NCBI GenBank assembly: GCA_963724765.1
Contig: CAVRVY010000004.1
Span: 1,688,474-1,752,473 of the forward strand
Direction: 5' to 3'
Length of the DNA stretch: 64,000 nucleotides
Source: an uncultured delta proteobacterium
GTDB taxonomy: Bacteria; Desulfobacterota; Binatia; Binatales; Binataceae
Position numbers and translations under genes: made by a program. Positions 20,300 to 29,917 of this stretch are shown here, piece after piece. Under the pieces are notes generated by a model. The model was not told where the DNA came from. It searched no databases and worked only from the letters and a program-made list of their open reading frames with translations. Every line of letters starts with the position of its first letter. Within the stretch, counting starts at the first letter, position 1.

Positions 20300-21052
20300 T
20301 CAATTGCTGCTCTGAGAGGGGAACAGCGTCCGCTCCGCGCGGGAGAGGGAATCGAAGATTGCCTCGGCATTCGGCGCCGCAATCAATTGCGCAGTCGCCT
20401 CGGGGCGCCCGAACAACTGCGCAAGCTTGGCCAGCCACGGAAGGTGAAGCTCGTGGAATTTAAGTCCGAGGACAAAGAACAGATGCGTCGAATTGCCGTC
20501 CAGCGAGTCGAAATCAACCCCCTCGTGCGAGCGACCAAGAACCATGAAGGGTCGAACCACCTGCTCGGGATGGCGATACATCGTGTGCAGAAAGGCGACA
20601 CCGTTGCCGACTGCACTCGGCATGATGTTCTCACGCTCGATGAGCGCACCGACGAACCAGTTCTTGTCGCGCACCAGGCCCAGCCGATTGGAGAGATCTG
20701 CGAGTTCCTCGATGACTCCAATCTTGGTAGATGCTTCCAGTTCCGGGACGATGTGGCTGGGTTGAAAGCAACTCGCAAAATCAAGCATCCGGCGCGGTGC
20801 GCGATTTCGACTCTCGAGTTCGAGGTGCTTCGGCACCACGCCCAGCATCTGATCATCCAGCCATGCGTCCAGCATGGCTTTGCGAAAGCGCCATTGATTT
20901 CCGATTTTCACGCCAGGCAGCGCACCCTCGGATACGAGCTTGATGACCGTGCGCTCGTTCACGTTCAGATACGCGGCGACTTGACGGGCAGTCATCAGGC
21001 GATCCGCCGTTTCGACTGATTTCGTCGTAGTCTTCCGTAGAATGTCTGACAT
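20300..21052 (-). CDS. excisionase-type HTH fused to a PTS EIIA (Ntr/Fru-type) domain
   Basis: MTARQVAAYLNV..LPGVKIGNQWRF plus IERENIMPSAVGNGVAFLH..VDFDSLDG. Confidence 0.85.
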   Translation of the reverse strand: MSDILRKTTTKSVETADRLMTARQVAAYLNVNERTVIKLVSEGALPGVKIGNQWRFRKAMLDAWLDDQMLGVVPKHLELESRNRAPRRMLDFASCFQPSHIVPELEASTKIGVIEELADLSNRLGLVRDKNWFVGALIERENIMPSAVGNGVAFLHTMYRHPEQVVRPFMVLGRSHEGVDFDSLDGNSTHLFFVLGLKFHELHLPWLAKLAQLFGRPEATAQLIAAPNAEAIFDSLSRAERTLFPSQSSN

Positions 21053-21177
21053 GATCGCTAGATTACGGAAAAATACTCCAAAGTGCAATCAATTGCCGTA
21101 TTGGCGAAGAAAATACCAAGTCGACGATAGCGACCGACGCGACCAGTGCGGCGAAACTCGCTGCTCCGGCCAACTGC

Positions 21178-21559
21178 ATGCCGTCTTCACTGCCACACGA
21201 GAAGCGTCCTTTGGGGGCGCAGACGTTCCGAGACTGTGAACTGAACAGGATCGATTTCTCGAATGCAGATCTCAGGGAAACCCAGTTCCTGAACACCTCG
21301 CTCAGCGGAGAGCGATTTTTCGGGCGCCGATCTGCGTGGAGCCAGGTTTATCGCCTGTGACTTGCGCGGCGCCAATTTCGCCGGATCGGTGTTCGGCTGG
21401 ACACGCTTCGATGAAAGTTGGCTCATCGGTGCGCGTGGTCTTTCGACCCGACTAATCGATTACGCCAGGAGGAACGGCGGCCTGGTAATGGCTGTCGTGA
21501 AGTCTCGAACCGCCGCGCTGCGCGGCTTCACTGAGCCAGTGAACTTGTACTTCGCCTAG
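21178..21559 (+). pseudogene. pentapeptide-repeat protein, frameshifted
   Basis: FSNADLRETQF / ACDLRGANFAGS repeats split across frames. Confidence 0.65.
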
Positions 21560-21724
21560 TTTAACAGCTGCTCGACTTCCGTGGTGCACCACGGCGTCTC
21601 GCCTGCAACGCGATGTCAGCGTCTGCACCGCGGCAACCTTGGGCGAATCTCCTCGAATGCTTGATCGGCAATATCCCGCTGCCCGATTCCGAGCGCTCTA
21701 GCTTCCGACGGCTCATAGGTCCGG

Positions 21725-22152
21725 CTACTTTGTCACGTCGATCTCGCCGATCATGTTGTCCTTCTCATGCGGCATGCAGACGTAGACGTACTTGCCCGGC
21801 ACGGTAAATGTCGGGGTGAACGTGCCTCCGGGAGGCATGAATCCGGAGTCGAACGGTTTTGCTCCCTCAGGGAGCAAAACGTCGGACTTGTTCTGAGCCT
21901 TTTCCGGATCAGTGGTCACGGCGTGCAACGTGGCTCCGGTATTTTTTCCATTCCACAGCCGTACCGACCTTGATGGTCAACTTTGGTGGATCGAATTTGG
22001 GCGGCGTATCCGTCATGGTGACGACGACTGGCGTATCGGCGCTAACTGACAGCGTTCCAAACAGCCGCAAGCTGACGGTGAATGTCGCCGCGAAAATCGA
22101 AAGAACGGAAATCAAGGTGAGGTGAGGTGAGGTGATTCCAGCGTGATGTCAT
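21725..22152 (-). pseudogene. plastocyanin/azurin-like cupredoxin, two frameshifts
   Basis: AAGGAG RBS; KFDPPKLTIKVGTAVEW; HAVT; YVCMPHEKDNMIG type-1 Cu motif. Confidence 0.8.
22116..22135 (+). repeat. (GGTGA)x4 simple sequence repeat
   Basis: GGTGAGGTGAGGTGAGGTGA within the 5' end of the cupredoxin gene. Confidence 0.9.
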
Positions 22153-22199
22153 ATGTGACTCCTTCTTTTTGATTGCAGCCACGAAACCGAACGCTTGGT

Positions 22200-22391
22200 T
22201 CATCTGTTTAACGGCATCAGATCGTCTATCCACTGCTCGGCATCTGCTTCTCGCGCAAAATCAACCGGCTGCCTTGTTTCCTTCCAGAAAATTTCCCACC
22301 TGCCAGTCTCGAGATTTAATCTGATGGTGTAACCCTGATATTCGCTCACGTCTCCCTGCCTCCACGCCGTTGGCCCTTCGCAATTGAGCAA
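22200..22391 (-). CDS. small hypothetical protein
   Basis: protein-like EYQGYTIRLNLETGRWEIFWK..DAEQWIDD; start may be the internal GTG. Confidence 0.5.
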   Translation of the reverse strand: MLNCEGPTAWRQGDVSEYQGYTIRLNLETGRWEIFWKETRQPVDFAREADAEQWIDDLMPLNR

Positions 22392-22651
22392 GAAGGAAGC
22401 CAGCTGTACTGAATGTATGCCTTCATTTTGCTCCGCCAGGCCAACGAACTTTGATCCTCCTCTCTTCTTCCGTGCGCGGATCTGTATCCACAGGGATCAC
22501 ATTCAGGTGAGGCGAGTGCGCCATCGGGGAGCAAACGGAGACATCATGACGGCAGGAGGCATCTGATCGTTCCAACCAGGGCCGAGGAAAACATTTGGTT
22601 AGACGCGAACTTTTGGCCTCTGTCGAAGCTTTTCGCCCGGTCTTTTCGCTT

Positions 22652-22667
22652 CGGCACGATGTTCGCT
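22652..22667 (+). promoter_or_regulatory. sigma54 -24/-12 promoter
   Basis: CGGCACGATGTTCGCT = GG-N10-GC upstream of the hydrolase-LLM-cox operon. Confidence 0.7.
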
Positions 22668-22752
22668 CTACCGGGAGCTTCGACATGTTCTGAGAGCAAC
22701 AGCGACCAAGCCGCAGGCGCGCGGCAATCAGCGAGGAGACGAAAACTGCTGC

Positions 22753-23535
22753 ATGGGGACGCAGAGAATAGACGAGTTCAGTGCGGGGGGCGAGCAGCTG
22801 CTTGCGGTTAAGGGCGGGAGTGGAAAGCCGCTACTGGTGCTCCACGAAGAATTGGGTCATCCCGGCTGGCTCGGATGGCATGAGACACTGAGCCGCCGGC
22901 GAACGTTGCTAGTTCCACTTCATCCCGGTTTCGGCCAGACGCCGCGGATCGAGTGGATGACGAACGTACGCGACCTGGCGTGTTTCTACGCGCGATTTCT
23001 GCGAGAGCAGCGCTTGGCTCCGATCGACGTGATTGGATTTTCCTTTGGCGGGTGGCTGGCGGCCGAAATGGCCGTTAACGATCCACATCTCTTCTGCAGA
23101 ATGGCGCTGGTCGCGCCAATGGGTATCCGTCCACCCAAGGGTGAGATCATGGATATGTTCACCGTGACCGCGCGCGCCTACCTACAGAAAACGGTGTTGG
23201 ACCCCGCACACACGCCTGAATTTTCGCACCTGTACGGCGGAGCCGAATCGCCGGAGCAGTTCGAAGCGTTTGAGGACGCACGGGCGGAGGCGGCGCGAAT
23301 TGGCTGGCAGCCCTACATGTTCAATCCCAGTTTGCCTCACCTGCTGGAGGGAGTCTCGGAAGTGCCTGCGCTCCTGATGTGGGGCCGGCAGGACGCTGTG
23401 GTGCCGGTGTCAGCGGCAGACGTTTACCATCGGGCCCTTCGGGATTCCAGGCTGGTGATCTTCGATCGAAGCGGCCATCGGCCGGAGATCGAAAAGTCGG
23501 CCGAGTTCATCAACCAGATTGAAGCGTTTCTGTAA
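22753..23535 (+). CDS. alpha/beta hydrolase
   Basis: GFSFGG nucleophile elbow, WGRQD, SGHRPEIE. Confidence 0.9.
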   Translation: MGTQRIDEFSAGGEQLLAVKGGSGKPLLVLHEELGHPGWLGWHETLSRRRTLLVPLHPGFGQTPRIEWMTNVRDLACFYARFLREQRLAPIDVIGFSFGGWLAAEMAVNDPHLFCRMALVAPMGIRPPKGEIMDMFTVTARAYLQKTVLDPAHTPEFSHLYGGAESPEQFEAFEDARAEAARIGWQPYMFNPSLPHLLEGVSEVPALLMWGRQDAVVPVSAADVYHRALRDSRLVIFDRSGHRPEIEKSAEFINQIEAFL

Positions 23536-23556
23536 GGGAATGGGTGAGGTATCGCC

Positions 23557-24879
23557 ATGCACATAATGTGGTTTACCGAGCGCTCGTACAGCATTCACTT
23601 GTCCGAAGATGAGGTTCTGAGAAACCGCAGTTTCTTCGGCATATCGAATAAATATTTCGATCCGCCCAAGGGCGCCAAACTACTCAATCAGTACCTCGAC
23701 GAAAAGATCTATTCGGAGGAGCTGGGATTCGATGGGGTAATGCTCAACGAGCATCATGGCACACCCTTTTGCCTCGGCGCAGTCATGGACGTTGAGGCTG
23801 CGATCCTGGCCAGGACTACCAAAAAAGTGAAGATCGTGCTGCTCGGCAATCCGACGCCGACGGTTTCCAATCCGCTTCGGCTCGGTGAAGAGCTTGCAAT
23901 GATAGACCTGATATCCGGAGGTCGCCTAGTTCCAGGATGGGTCCGCGGGGCTGGCAGCGAGCAGCTGGCGAACAATTCAAACCCGGCCTACAACCGCGAA
24001 TATTTCGACGAAGCGCACGACCTTATCCTGAAGTCATGGACCACGCCCGGACCATTTCGCTGGGAAGGCAAACACTTTCACTTTCGTTTCGTCAATCCAT
24101 GGGTGCTTCCGCTGCAGAAGCCGCACCCACCGATTTGGATTCCCGGCCTAGTGAGCCCGGAAACCGTTGTCTGGTCGGCGCGCCATCGCTATCCGTACGT
24201 CGCGCTAGCGACCTACCTGCAACCCACGACTGAGTTATGGAACATGTATACAGCGGCGGCCGCGCAGGAGGGCTACCAAGCCGGGCCCGAGAACTTTGGC
24301 TACCTGCAGCCGATCTTCGTCGCGAGCAACCAAGCCAAGGCCGAGGAAATGGGCAAACGTTTTCTGTTCGGCGGCGGCTTTTCCAATTTTGCCCGGCCCG
24401 AATGGATGTTCCCGTCAGGATACAACTCAAAGGAAGCGACCCGACGGCTGGCTCGTCAGTTCGCGAATCCGAATCAGCCCGGTAAAACGATCATGCCGGC
24501 GGACCAGAACGCTTCGGGCGAGACGGTCGACATACAGGCGGCCAAAAAAGCGCTCTATGCCGACTACGATCAGTGGCAAAAGAACTACCAGATGATTGCC
24601 GGCACGCCGAAGAACGTGATCCCTAAGCTGCGCAAGGTCCTGGAAGTATTGCGCCCCGGCATCTTCTCGTTTTGGCTCGACGGCCCCATTCCGAAAGCCG
24701 ACCGAATCTCGTGCCTGAAATTGCTGGCAGAAGAAGTGGTCCCGGCTTTACGCGAGATTGGAAAAGAACTCGAGCTGCTGGATCCGTTCCAGCGCAAGCC
24801 GGGATCGCGCTCACTTCCGGCGAGCGGCAGACCGGAGATGGTGGCGCGGCCCGAAGCGTTGGCGGCGCTCAGCGCGTAA
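23557..24879 (+). CDS. LLM-class flavin-dependent oxidoreductase
   Basis: GFDGVMLNEHH, PLRLGEELAMIDLISGGR, PLQKPHPPIW. Confidence 0.92.
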   Translation: MHIMWFTERSYSIHLSEDEVLRNRSFFGISNKYFDPPKGAKLLNQYLDEKIYSEELGFDGVMLNEHHGTPFCLGAVMDVEAAILARTTKKVKIVLLGNPTPTVSNPLRLGEELAMIDLISGGRLVPGWVRGAGSEQLANNSNPAYNREYFDEAHDLILKSWTTPGPFRWEGKHFHFRFVNPWVLPLQKPHPPIWIPGLVSPETVVWSARHRYPYVALATYLQPTTELWNMYTAAAAQEGYQAGPENFGYLQPIFVASNQAKAEEMGKRFLFGGGFSNFARPEWMFPSGYNSKEATRRLARQFANPNQPGKTIMPADQNASGETVDIQAAKKALYADYDQWQKNYQMIAGTPKNVIPKLRKVLEVLRPGIFSFWLDGPIPKADRISCLKLLAEEVVPALREIGKELELLDPFQRKPGSRSLPASGRPEMVARPEALAALSA

Positions 24880-24991
24880 AGGGAGATCAACCCCAGGCCG
24901 GCGCTGGTCCTGATCTCGGCACCAGCGCCGGCCTGCGAGTCGCGGCCGTATGCGCCTGTCTGCGCTATTCGACCGGCCGTAGCGATTGCAA

Positions 24992-25708
24992 ATGCTGATG
25001 CACTGGCTCCCGCTTGACGTTTCGACCTTCGGTCCGAGCGTTGACTACGTCTTTCGCTTGATTCTTTACGTGGTCGGCGCGTGGTTCATCGTGGCCGAGG
25101 GCGCAATACTCTATTTCGCCTTCCGGTTTCGTCAGCGACCAGGCCGAGCTGCCGCCCACCTTCGCGGCGACAATTTCAAGCAGCTCGCCTGGATTCTGGT
25201 TCCAGCTCTGGTCGTAGTGATGTTCGATTTTGGTATCGACGTAGCGGCTGGACACGCATGGGAAGAAATCAAGCTCGAATCGCCTCCGCCTGCCTTGAAC
25301 GTCAGCGTAACTGCCGAGCGGTTTGCGTGGATTTTCGACTACCCCGGCCCGGATGGAAAATACGGGACACCCGATGACTATTGGTCGATGGCCAAGCTCT
25401 ATGTTCCGGTTAACCAGATAGTACGCCTGAATATGCGCTCGATGGACGTGATTCACAGTTTTGCGGTGCCGAATTTGCGCCTGCGACAGGATGTAGTTCC
25501 CGGCCGCACGATCTCCGCCTGGTTCAAAGCGACCAAACCCGGCAGCTACGAGATCGAGTGCACTGAGTTGTGCGGGTTCGACCATTACAGGATGCAGGGT
25601 TCCCTGGTAGTGCTGAACGAGACTGAGTATACCCGATGGCAGCATGAGCACTGGCCATCCATCGCCGCAAAGCCGGCTTCCGCTGATAACACTGGAGTGA
25701 AGCAATGA
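24992..25708 (+). CDS. coxB: cytochrome c oxidase subunit II
   Basis: DVIHSF and CuA motif CTELCGFDHYRM; two TMs. Confidence 0.92.
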   Translation: MLMHWLPLDVSTFGPSVDYVFRLILYVVGAWFIVAEGAILYFAFRFRQRPGRAAAHLRGDNFKQLAWILVPALVVVMFDFGIDVAAGHAWEEIKLESPPPALNVSVTAERFAWIFDYPGPDGKYGTPDDYWSMAKLYVPVNQIVRLNMRSMDVIHSFAVPNLRLRQDVVPGRTISAWFKATKPGSYEIECTELCGFDHYRMQGSLVVLNETEYTRWQHEHWPSIAAKPASADNTGVKQ

Positions 25709-27429
25709 GCCAGGCCACGGTACATCGAAAGAGCGCCGACTTTGAACATCTCGAAGAGCTGAGCTTTGTTCGGAAATATGTATTCTCTAGCGATCATAAG
25801 ACGATCGCGAAACAGTATCTTGGCATAAGCCTCTTCATGGCGATGGTCGGGGGTTTTACTGCCTACGCGATACGCTGGCAGCTCGCGTGGCCCTCTGCTC
25901 ATATTCCGGGAATGGGCGTCATTACTCCTGACGCTTACAACACGCTGGTAACCATGCATGGCACCATCATGGTTTTCTTCGTGGCAATGCCACTGTTACT
26001 GGGCGTGTTTGGCAACTTCTGTATTCCGCTGATGGTAGGGGCGGGCGACATGGCTTTCCCCCGGCTCAACATGGTGTCGGTGTGGACGCTTTTCGTTGGC
26101 GCCCTGATACTTTTTGCCAGCTTCTTCGTGCCCGGCGGCGCGGCGGCCGCGGGATGGACCGCGTACGCGCCGCTTTCAGCTAATCCTAGCCTAACTCCCG
26201 CGGTGCTAGGTCAGGACATGTGGATTCTGGCGCTCGCGCTTGAATTCTCCTCGTTTCTAATGGGCGGAGTGAATTTCGTCACCACCGCGCTGAACATGCG
26301 CGCGCCTGGGATGGGACTGTGGCGGCTGCCGTTGCTGGTCTGGTACGAGATCACGGCAAGCGTGCTGTTTTTGCTCTCTGTGGGGCCGCTGATCGGTGGT
26401 GCGGTGATGCTGTTGCTCGATCGTTTGGTTGGCGCGGGGTTCTTTCTGCCGGCCAAGGGCGGAGATCCGTTGCTGTGGGAGCATCTGTTCTGGTTCTTCG
26501 GGCATCCCGAGGTCTACGTGGTAGCGTTGCCCGGCTTCGGAATCATGCTTGAAATTTTGCCGGTCTTCGCACGCAAGCCAGTCTTCGCTTATCGCGCACT
26601 GGTGTACTGCGCGCTGACGACGACAGGTCTCAGTCTAATCGTCTGGGCGCATCACATGTTCATCAGCGGAATGGACCCGAGACTGGCGACTCCGTTCACC
26701 GTTACGACGATTCTGATCTCGGTGCCGTTCGCGGTGATTGTATTCGCGATGATCGCAACGCTGTGGGGCGGCGCCATCAGGTTCGACACACCGATGCTGT
26801 TCGCACTAGGTGGCCTTACGAGCTTTCTGCTCGGCGGCGTGACCGGCATTTTCCTCGGTTCGGCCGCGACCGACATATACCTGCACGGAACCTACTTTGT
26901 CGTGGCGCACTTCCATTACACCCTCTTCCCGGTCACGTTCTTCGCCGGGTTTGCAGGACTCTACTATTGGTACCCAAAGATATTCGGGCGCATGATGAAC
27001 GAGACATTGGGCAAGGTACACTTCTGGGTGACAATGCTCACGTTTCAGGGTGTGTTCCTTCCGCTGTTTCTCTCCGGAATCGCCGGAACACCGCGCCGCG
27101 TATTCGCTCCCAATGAATACCCGCTGTTCCATTCAATTCAGCCGCTCCAGGTGCACTCGACCATCTTAGCGGTCGTCTTACTGCTGGGGCAGATTCCATT
27201 CGTTGTAAATTTCTTCTGGAGTCTCGCACGTGGCAAGCAGGCCGAGGAGAATCCGTGGCTCGCCAACACGCTCGAGTGGAGCGTGGCTTCTCCGCCGCCT
27301 CACGAAAATTTCGGGAGGACACCGCGCGTGAGTCGCTGGCCTTACGAGTATAGTGCGCCCGGCGCCAAGCTTGACTGGAAGCCGCAGGCCGAACAGGTCG
27401 ATATGACTCTTCCCGCGGCCGGCCGGTAA
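25705..27429 (+). CDS. coxA: cytochrome c oxidase subunit I (A1-type)
   Basis: TMHG, WFFGHPEVY, WAHHMF, VVAHFHY. Confidence 0.97.
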   Translation: MSQATVHRKSADFEHLEELSFVRKYVFSSDHKTIAKQYLGISLFMAMVGGFTAYAIRWQLAWPSAHIPGMGVITPDAYNTLVTMHGTIMVFFVAMPLLLGVFGNFCIPLMVGAGDMAFPRLNMVSVWTLFVGALILFASFFVPGGAAAAGWTAYAPLSANPSLTPAVLGQDMWILALALEFSSFLMGGVNFVTTALNMRAPGMGLWRLPLLVWYEITASVLFLLSVGPLIGGAVMLLLDRLVGAGFFLPAKGGDPLLWEHLFWFFGHPEVYVVALPGFGIMLEILPVFARKPVFAYRALVYCALTTTGLSLIVWAHHMFISGMDPRLATPFTVTTILISVPFAVIVFAMIATLWGGAIRFDTPMLFALGGLTSFLLGGVTGIFLGSAATDIYLHGTYFVVAHFHYTLFPVTFFAGFAGLYYWYPKIFGRMMNETLGKVHFWVTMLTFQGVFLPLFLSGIAGTPRRVFAPNEYPLFHSIQPLQVHSTILAVVLLLGQIPFVVNFFWSLARGKQAEENPWLANTLEWSVASPPPHENFGRTPRVSRWPYEYSAPGAKLDWKPQAEQVDMTLPAAGR

Positions 27430-27490
27430 TCGGGAGCGACGATCGTGTTGACGTGCTCAGCGCGCATCAACGAAGGGTTGAAGCTATAAG

Positions 27491-28096
27491 ATGGAAGCGA
27501 CGACTAACCTCCAGGTTGCTACGAGGCTTGGCGGCGGCGACTCGATTCGAAGCATTCCGGCCGCCCGGCTCGCGCTCTGGTTGTTTCTTGCCTCCGAGAT
27601 AATGATTTTTGGGGGCCTGATATCGTGTTTCATTCTTCTTCGCATAGCGCATGGAGGTTGGAACGCCGAGGCGGCGCACGTCCACTGGCGCATCGGCGCC
27701 TTCAACACGCTTGTTCTCCTTACCAGCAGTCTCACGATGGCCCTGGCATGCACCGGCGCCAAAGAGGGAATGACCCGCCGGGTGAGAACCTGCCTCGCTC
27801 TCACGATTGTGCTTGGGATGACGTTCCTGGGCGTCAAAGCCTACGAATATTCTCTCGAAGTCTCCAAGGGTCTGACGCCGGGAGCTGGGCCGTTCTGGGC
27901 GTTCTACTACACATTGACCGGCCTGCACTCATTACACGTGCTAGCGGGGATCATCCTGAACACCACACTCTGGATCGCCGCGGGACGGACACAAATGTGG
28001 TCTTTGGTGCAACGCCGGATTGAATACGCTGGTCTCTACTGGCACTTCGTCGACGTTGTGTGGATCTTTCTTTTCCCTCTCGTTTACCTGAGCTGA
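27491..28096 (+). CDS. coxC: cytochrome c oxidase subunit III-like
   Basis: WLFLASE, NTLVLLTSS, TGLHSLHV, GLYWHFVDVVWIFLFPLVY. Confidence 0.9.
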   Translation: MEATTNLQVATRLGGGDSIRSIPAARLALWLFLASEIMIFGGLISCFILLRIAHGGWNAEAAHVHWRIGAFNTLVLLTSSLTMALACTGAKEGMTRRVRTCLALTIVLGMTFLGVKAYEYSLEVSKGLTPGAGPFWAFYYTLTGLHSLHVLAGIILNTTLWIAAGRTQMWSLVQRRIEYAGLYWHFVDVVWIFLFPLVYLS

Positions 28097-28107
28097 GGAG
28101 GCGGCGC

Positions 28108-28410
28108 ATGGTTAGTTCGATACGAGAGCAATCGGTACACGCCGGAGGAACGGCGCTGGACCTTCGAATCTGGGCGTGGTTGGTGGGGCTGCTAATCGCG
28201 GGGTTGACGGTGTTCGTCATGCCTATCCCGAAGATCGCGGCGATCGGACTCGTATTCGCGGCGGCGATCATAAAGGCCGCATTGGTGGTGCGTAAGTACA
28301 TGCATCTCGAAGCGGCACACTGGCTACTGTACGTGATCGCACTCGTTCCGGTGTTCCTGATCATAGCCATGGCGGTCGCATTGCTACCGGATATCGCTCT
28401 CAGACAATGA
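28108..28410 (+). CDS. cytochrome c oxidase subunit IV-like
   Basis: three TMs, IIKAALVVRKYMHL; GAGGAGG RBS. Confidence 0.75.
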   Translation: MVSSIREQSVHAGGTALDLRIWAWLVGLLIAGLTVFVMPIPKIAAIGLVFAAAIIKAALVVRKYMHLEAAHWLLYVIALVPVFLIIAMAVALLPDIALRQ

Positions 28411-29054
28411 GACTGGCGCTGCGATCCCAGACTTCTGTCGACGCACTCGCGACTGCGCAAGTTTTGCAGCCCGTCGAAAGCGAGGAAGAGATCGGCGGGG
28501 CGAGCCCGATTGCGAGCAACGTGCTTGCGGTCGCCATCTTCATCGCTTCTGAAGTCATGCTCTTCGGCGGGCTGCTGAGCTCCTTCATGATTTTGCGCGC
28601 CGAGAATTCCCAATGGCCGCCCGTCGGTCAGCCGCGCCTCCCGCTCCAGGTTACGACGCTCAACAGCCTTATCCTGTTTGCTAGCTGCTGGACCGTCATC
28701 CGCGCGGTAGGAGCAGCAAGAAACGGTCAACGCGACGCATTAATCAATCGGCTTTCGTGGACGCTGCTGCTCGGCGCAGTATTTCTTTTGGTTCAGGGTT
28801 CCGAATGGGTTCGGCTGATTCATTTCGGCCTTACCGTGAGCTCGAGCGTCTATGGCGGCCTCTTCTACACGTTGGTCGGCATACATGCGGTCCACGTGAT
28901 AGGCGCGGTGGTGGCTCTGTGTGTCGTGCTCCGGCTCGCGCGACAGGGCCGTTACTTGCCCGGTGATTACAGCGGCGTGGTCGCCTGCTCATTGTACTGG
29001 TGTTTCGTCGTGCTGCTCTGGGGGGTGATCTATGTCACTGTCTATCTCGGTTAG
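28407..29054 (+). CDS. second cytochrome c oxidase subunit III-like protein
   Basis: IFIASEVMLFGG, WPP, VGIHAVHV, LYWCFVVLLW. Confidence 0.85.
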   Translation: MRLALRSQTSVDALATAQVLQPVESEEEIGGASPIASNVLAVAIFIASEVMLFGGLLSSFMILRAENSQWPPVGQPRLPLQVTTLNSLILFASCWTVIRAVGAARNGQRDALINRLSWTLLLGAVFLLVQGSEWVRLIHFGLTVSSSVYGGLFYTLVGIHAVHVIGAVVALCVVLRLARQGRYLPGDYSGVVACSLYWCFVVLLWGVIYVTVYLG

Positions 29055-29055
29055 G

Positions 29056-29307
29056 ATGGCCCGGTTGCTGGCGGCGGAGATTGGCGTATCGCTGATACCG
29101 ACGACTGTTCTCGCGTGTCCCTTCTGCTACGCAGCCAGCAATCCACGCACGCTGCATGCCTTTTACGTCAGCACGGCCGCGCTGACGCTTATGCCGCTCA
29201 TGTTGATAGCTGGCTTCGCTATATGGATTTCACGAGCTTACAACAATCCCAAAATCCGCCGCGGCCAGTCCACGGCGGCGACGACGACATCATCGGTCGA
29301 ACGATGA
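29056..29307 (+). CDS. small membrane protein with a CPFC motif
   Basis: VLACPFCY then one TM; ATGA overlap with the next gene. Confidence 0.6.
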   Translation: MARLLAAEIGVSLIPTTVLACPFCYAASNPRTLHAFYVSTAALTLMPLMLIAGFAIWISRAYNNPKIRRGQSTAATTTSSVER

Positions 29308-29855
29308 GTGCTCCAGTTTCCGAAGAAAGTATGTCGGCGTTTGCTGAACGTCGTCGCTCGCTCCTGAACTTTTATTGGGAGATCGAAATCCAAGGTCTTC
29401 GGCTTGTCTTCGCGATGCTGAGGCAACTCGAGGACGAGGATTCACTGGCCAATCTCACCCGACTGGCCGCCGACGAGGCGCGGCATGTATGGCTGTTAAG
29501 TAAAAAGATCGTCGATCTTGGCGGCACGCCGATGCCTGATAGCCGGGCCCATCGGACGCGCAGGGCCCAGATGGTGAGAATTCCGAAGGACGCGGCCGAG
29601 TTGCTGGCCGTGGTGGTGGCGGCGAAAGAGCGAGCTTACAACCGCTACACGATGGAGTCCTCCCCCGAAGATCTGACGCTCGCCGAATTGCGCCGAACGA
29701 TCGGCGAGGACGAAAAATCGCATTTGGCCTGGCTCAAGCAGAAGCTCGCGCGCGTCAGCGGCGAACAGCATTCGCTGGGCCGCGTCGAGAGTTACCTGGC
29801 AGCGGAACAGGCAGTATATGCTGCCTTCACCACAGCACAGCCGCACTCCTGGTAA
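29304..29855 (+). CDS. ferritin-like domain protein
   Basis: YWEIE..DEARH..DEKSH paired ExxH motifs. Confidence 0.75.
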   Translation: MSAPVSEESMSAFAERRRSLLNFYWEIEIQGLRLVFAMLRQLEDEDSLANLTRLAADEARHVWLLSKKIVDLGGTPMPDSRAHRTRRAQMVRIPKDAAELLAVVVAAKERAYNRYTMESSPEDLTLAELRRTIGEDEKSHLAWLKQKLARVSGEQHSLGRVESYLAAEQAVYAAFTTAQPHSW

Positions 29856-29917
29856 AAACGCAAAGCCTTTTGTGACTATATTTTGTCCGGGGCGTGAGCG
29901 TTTAATAGTGCTGTGGG

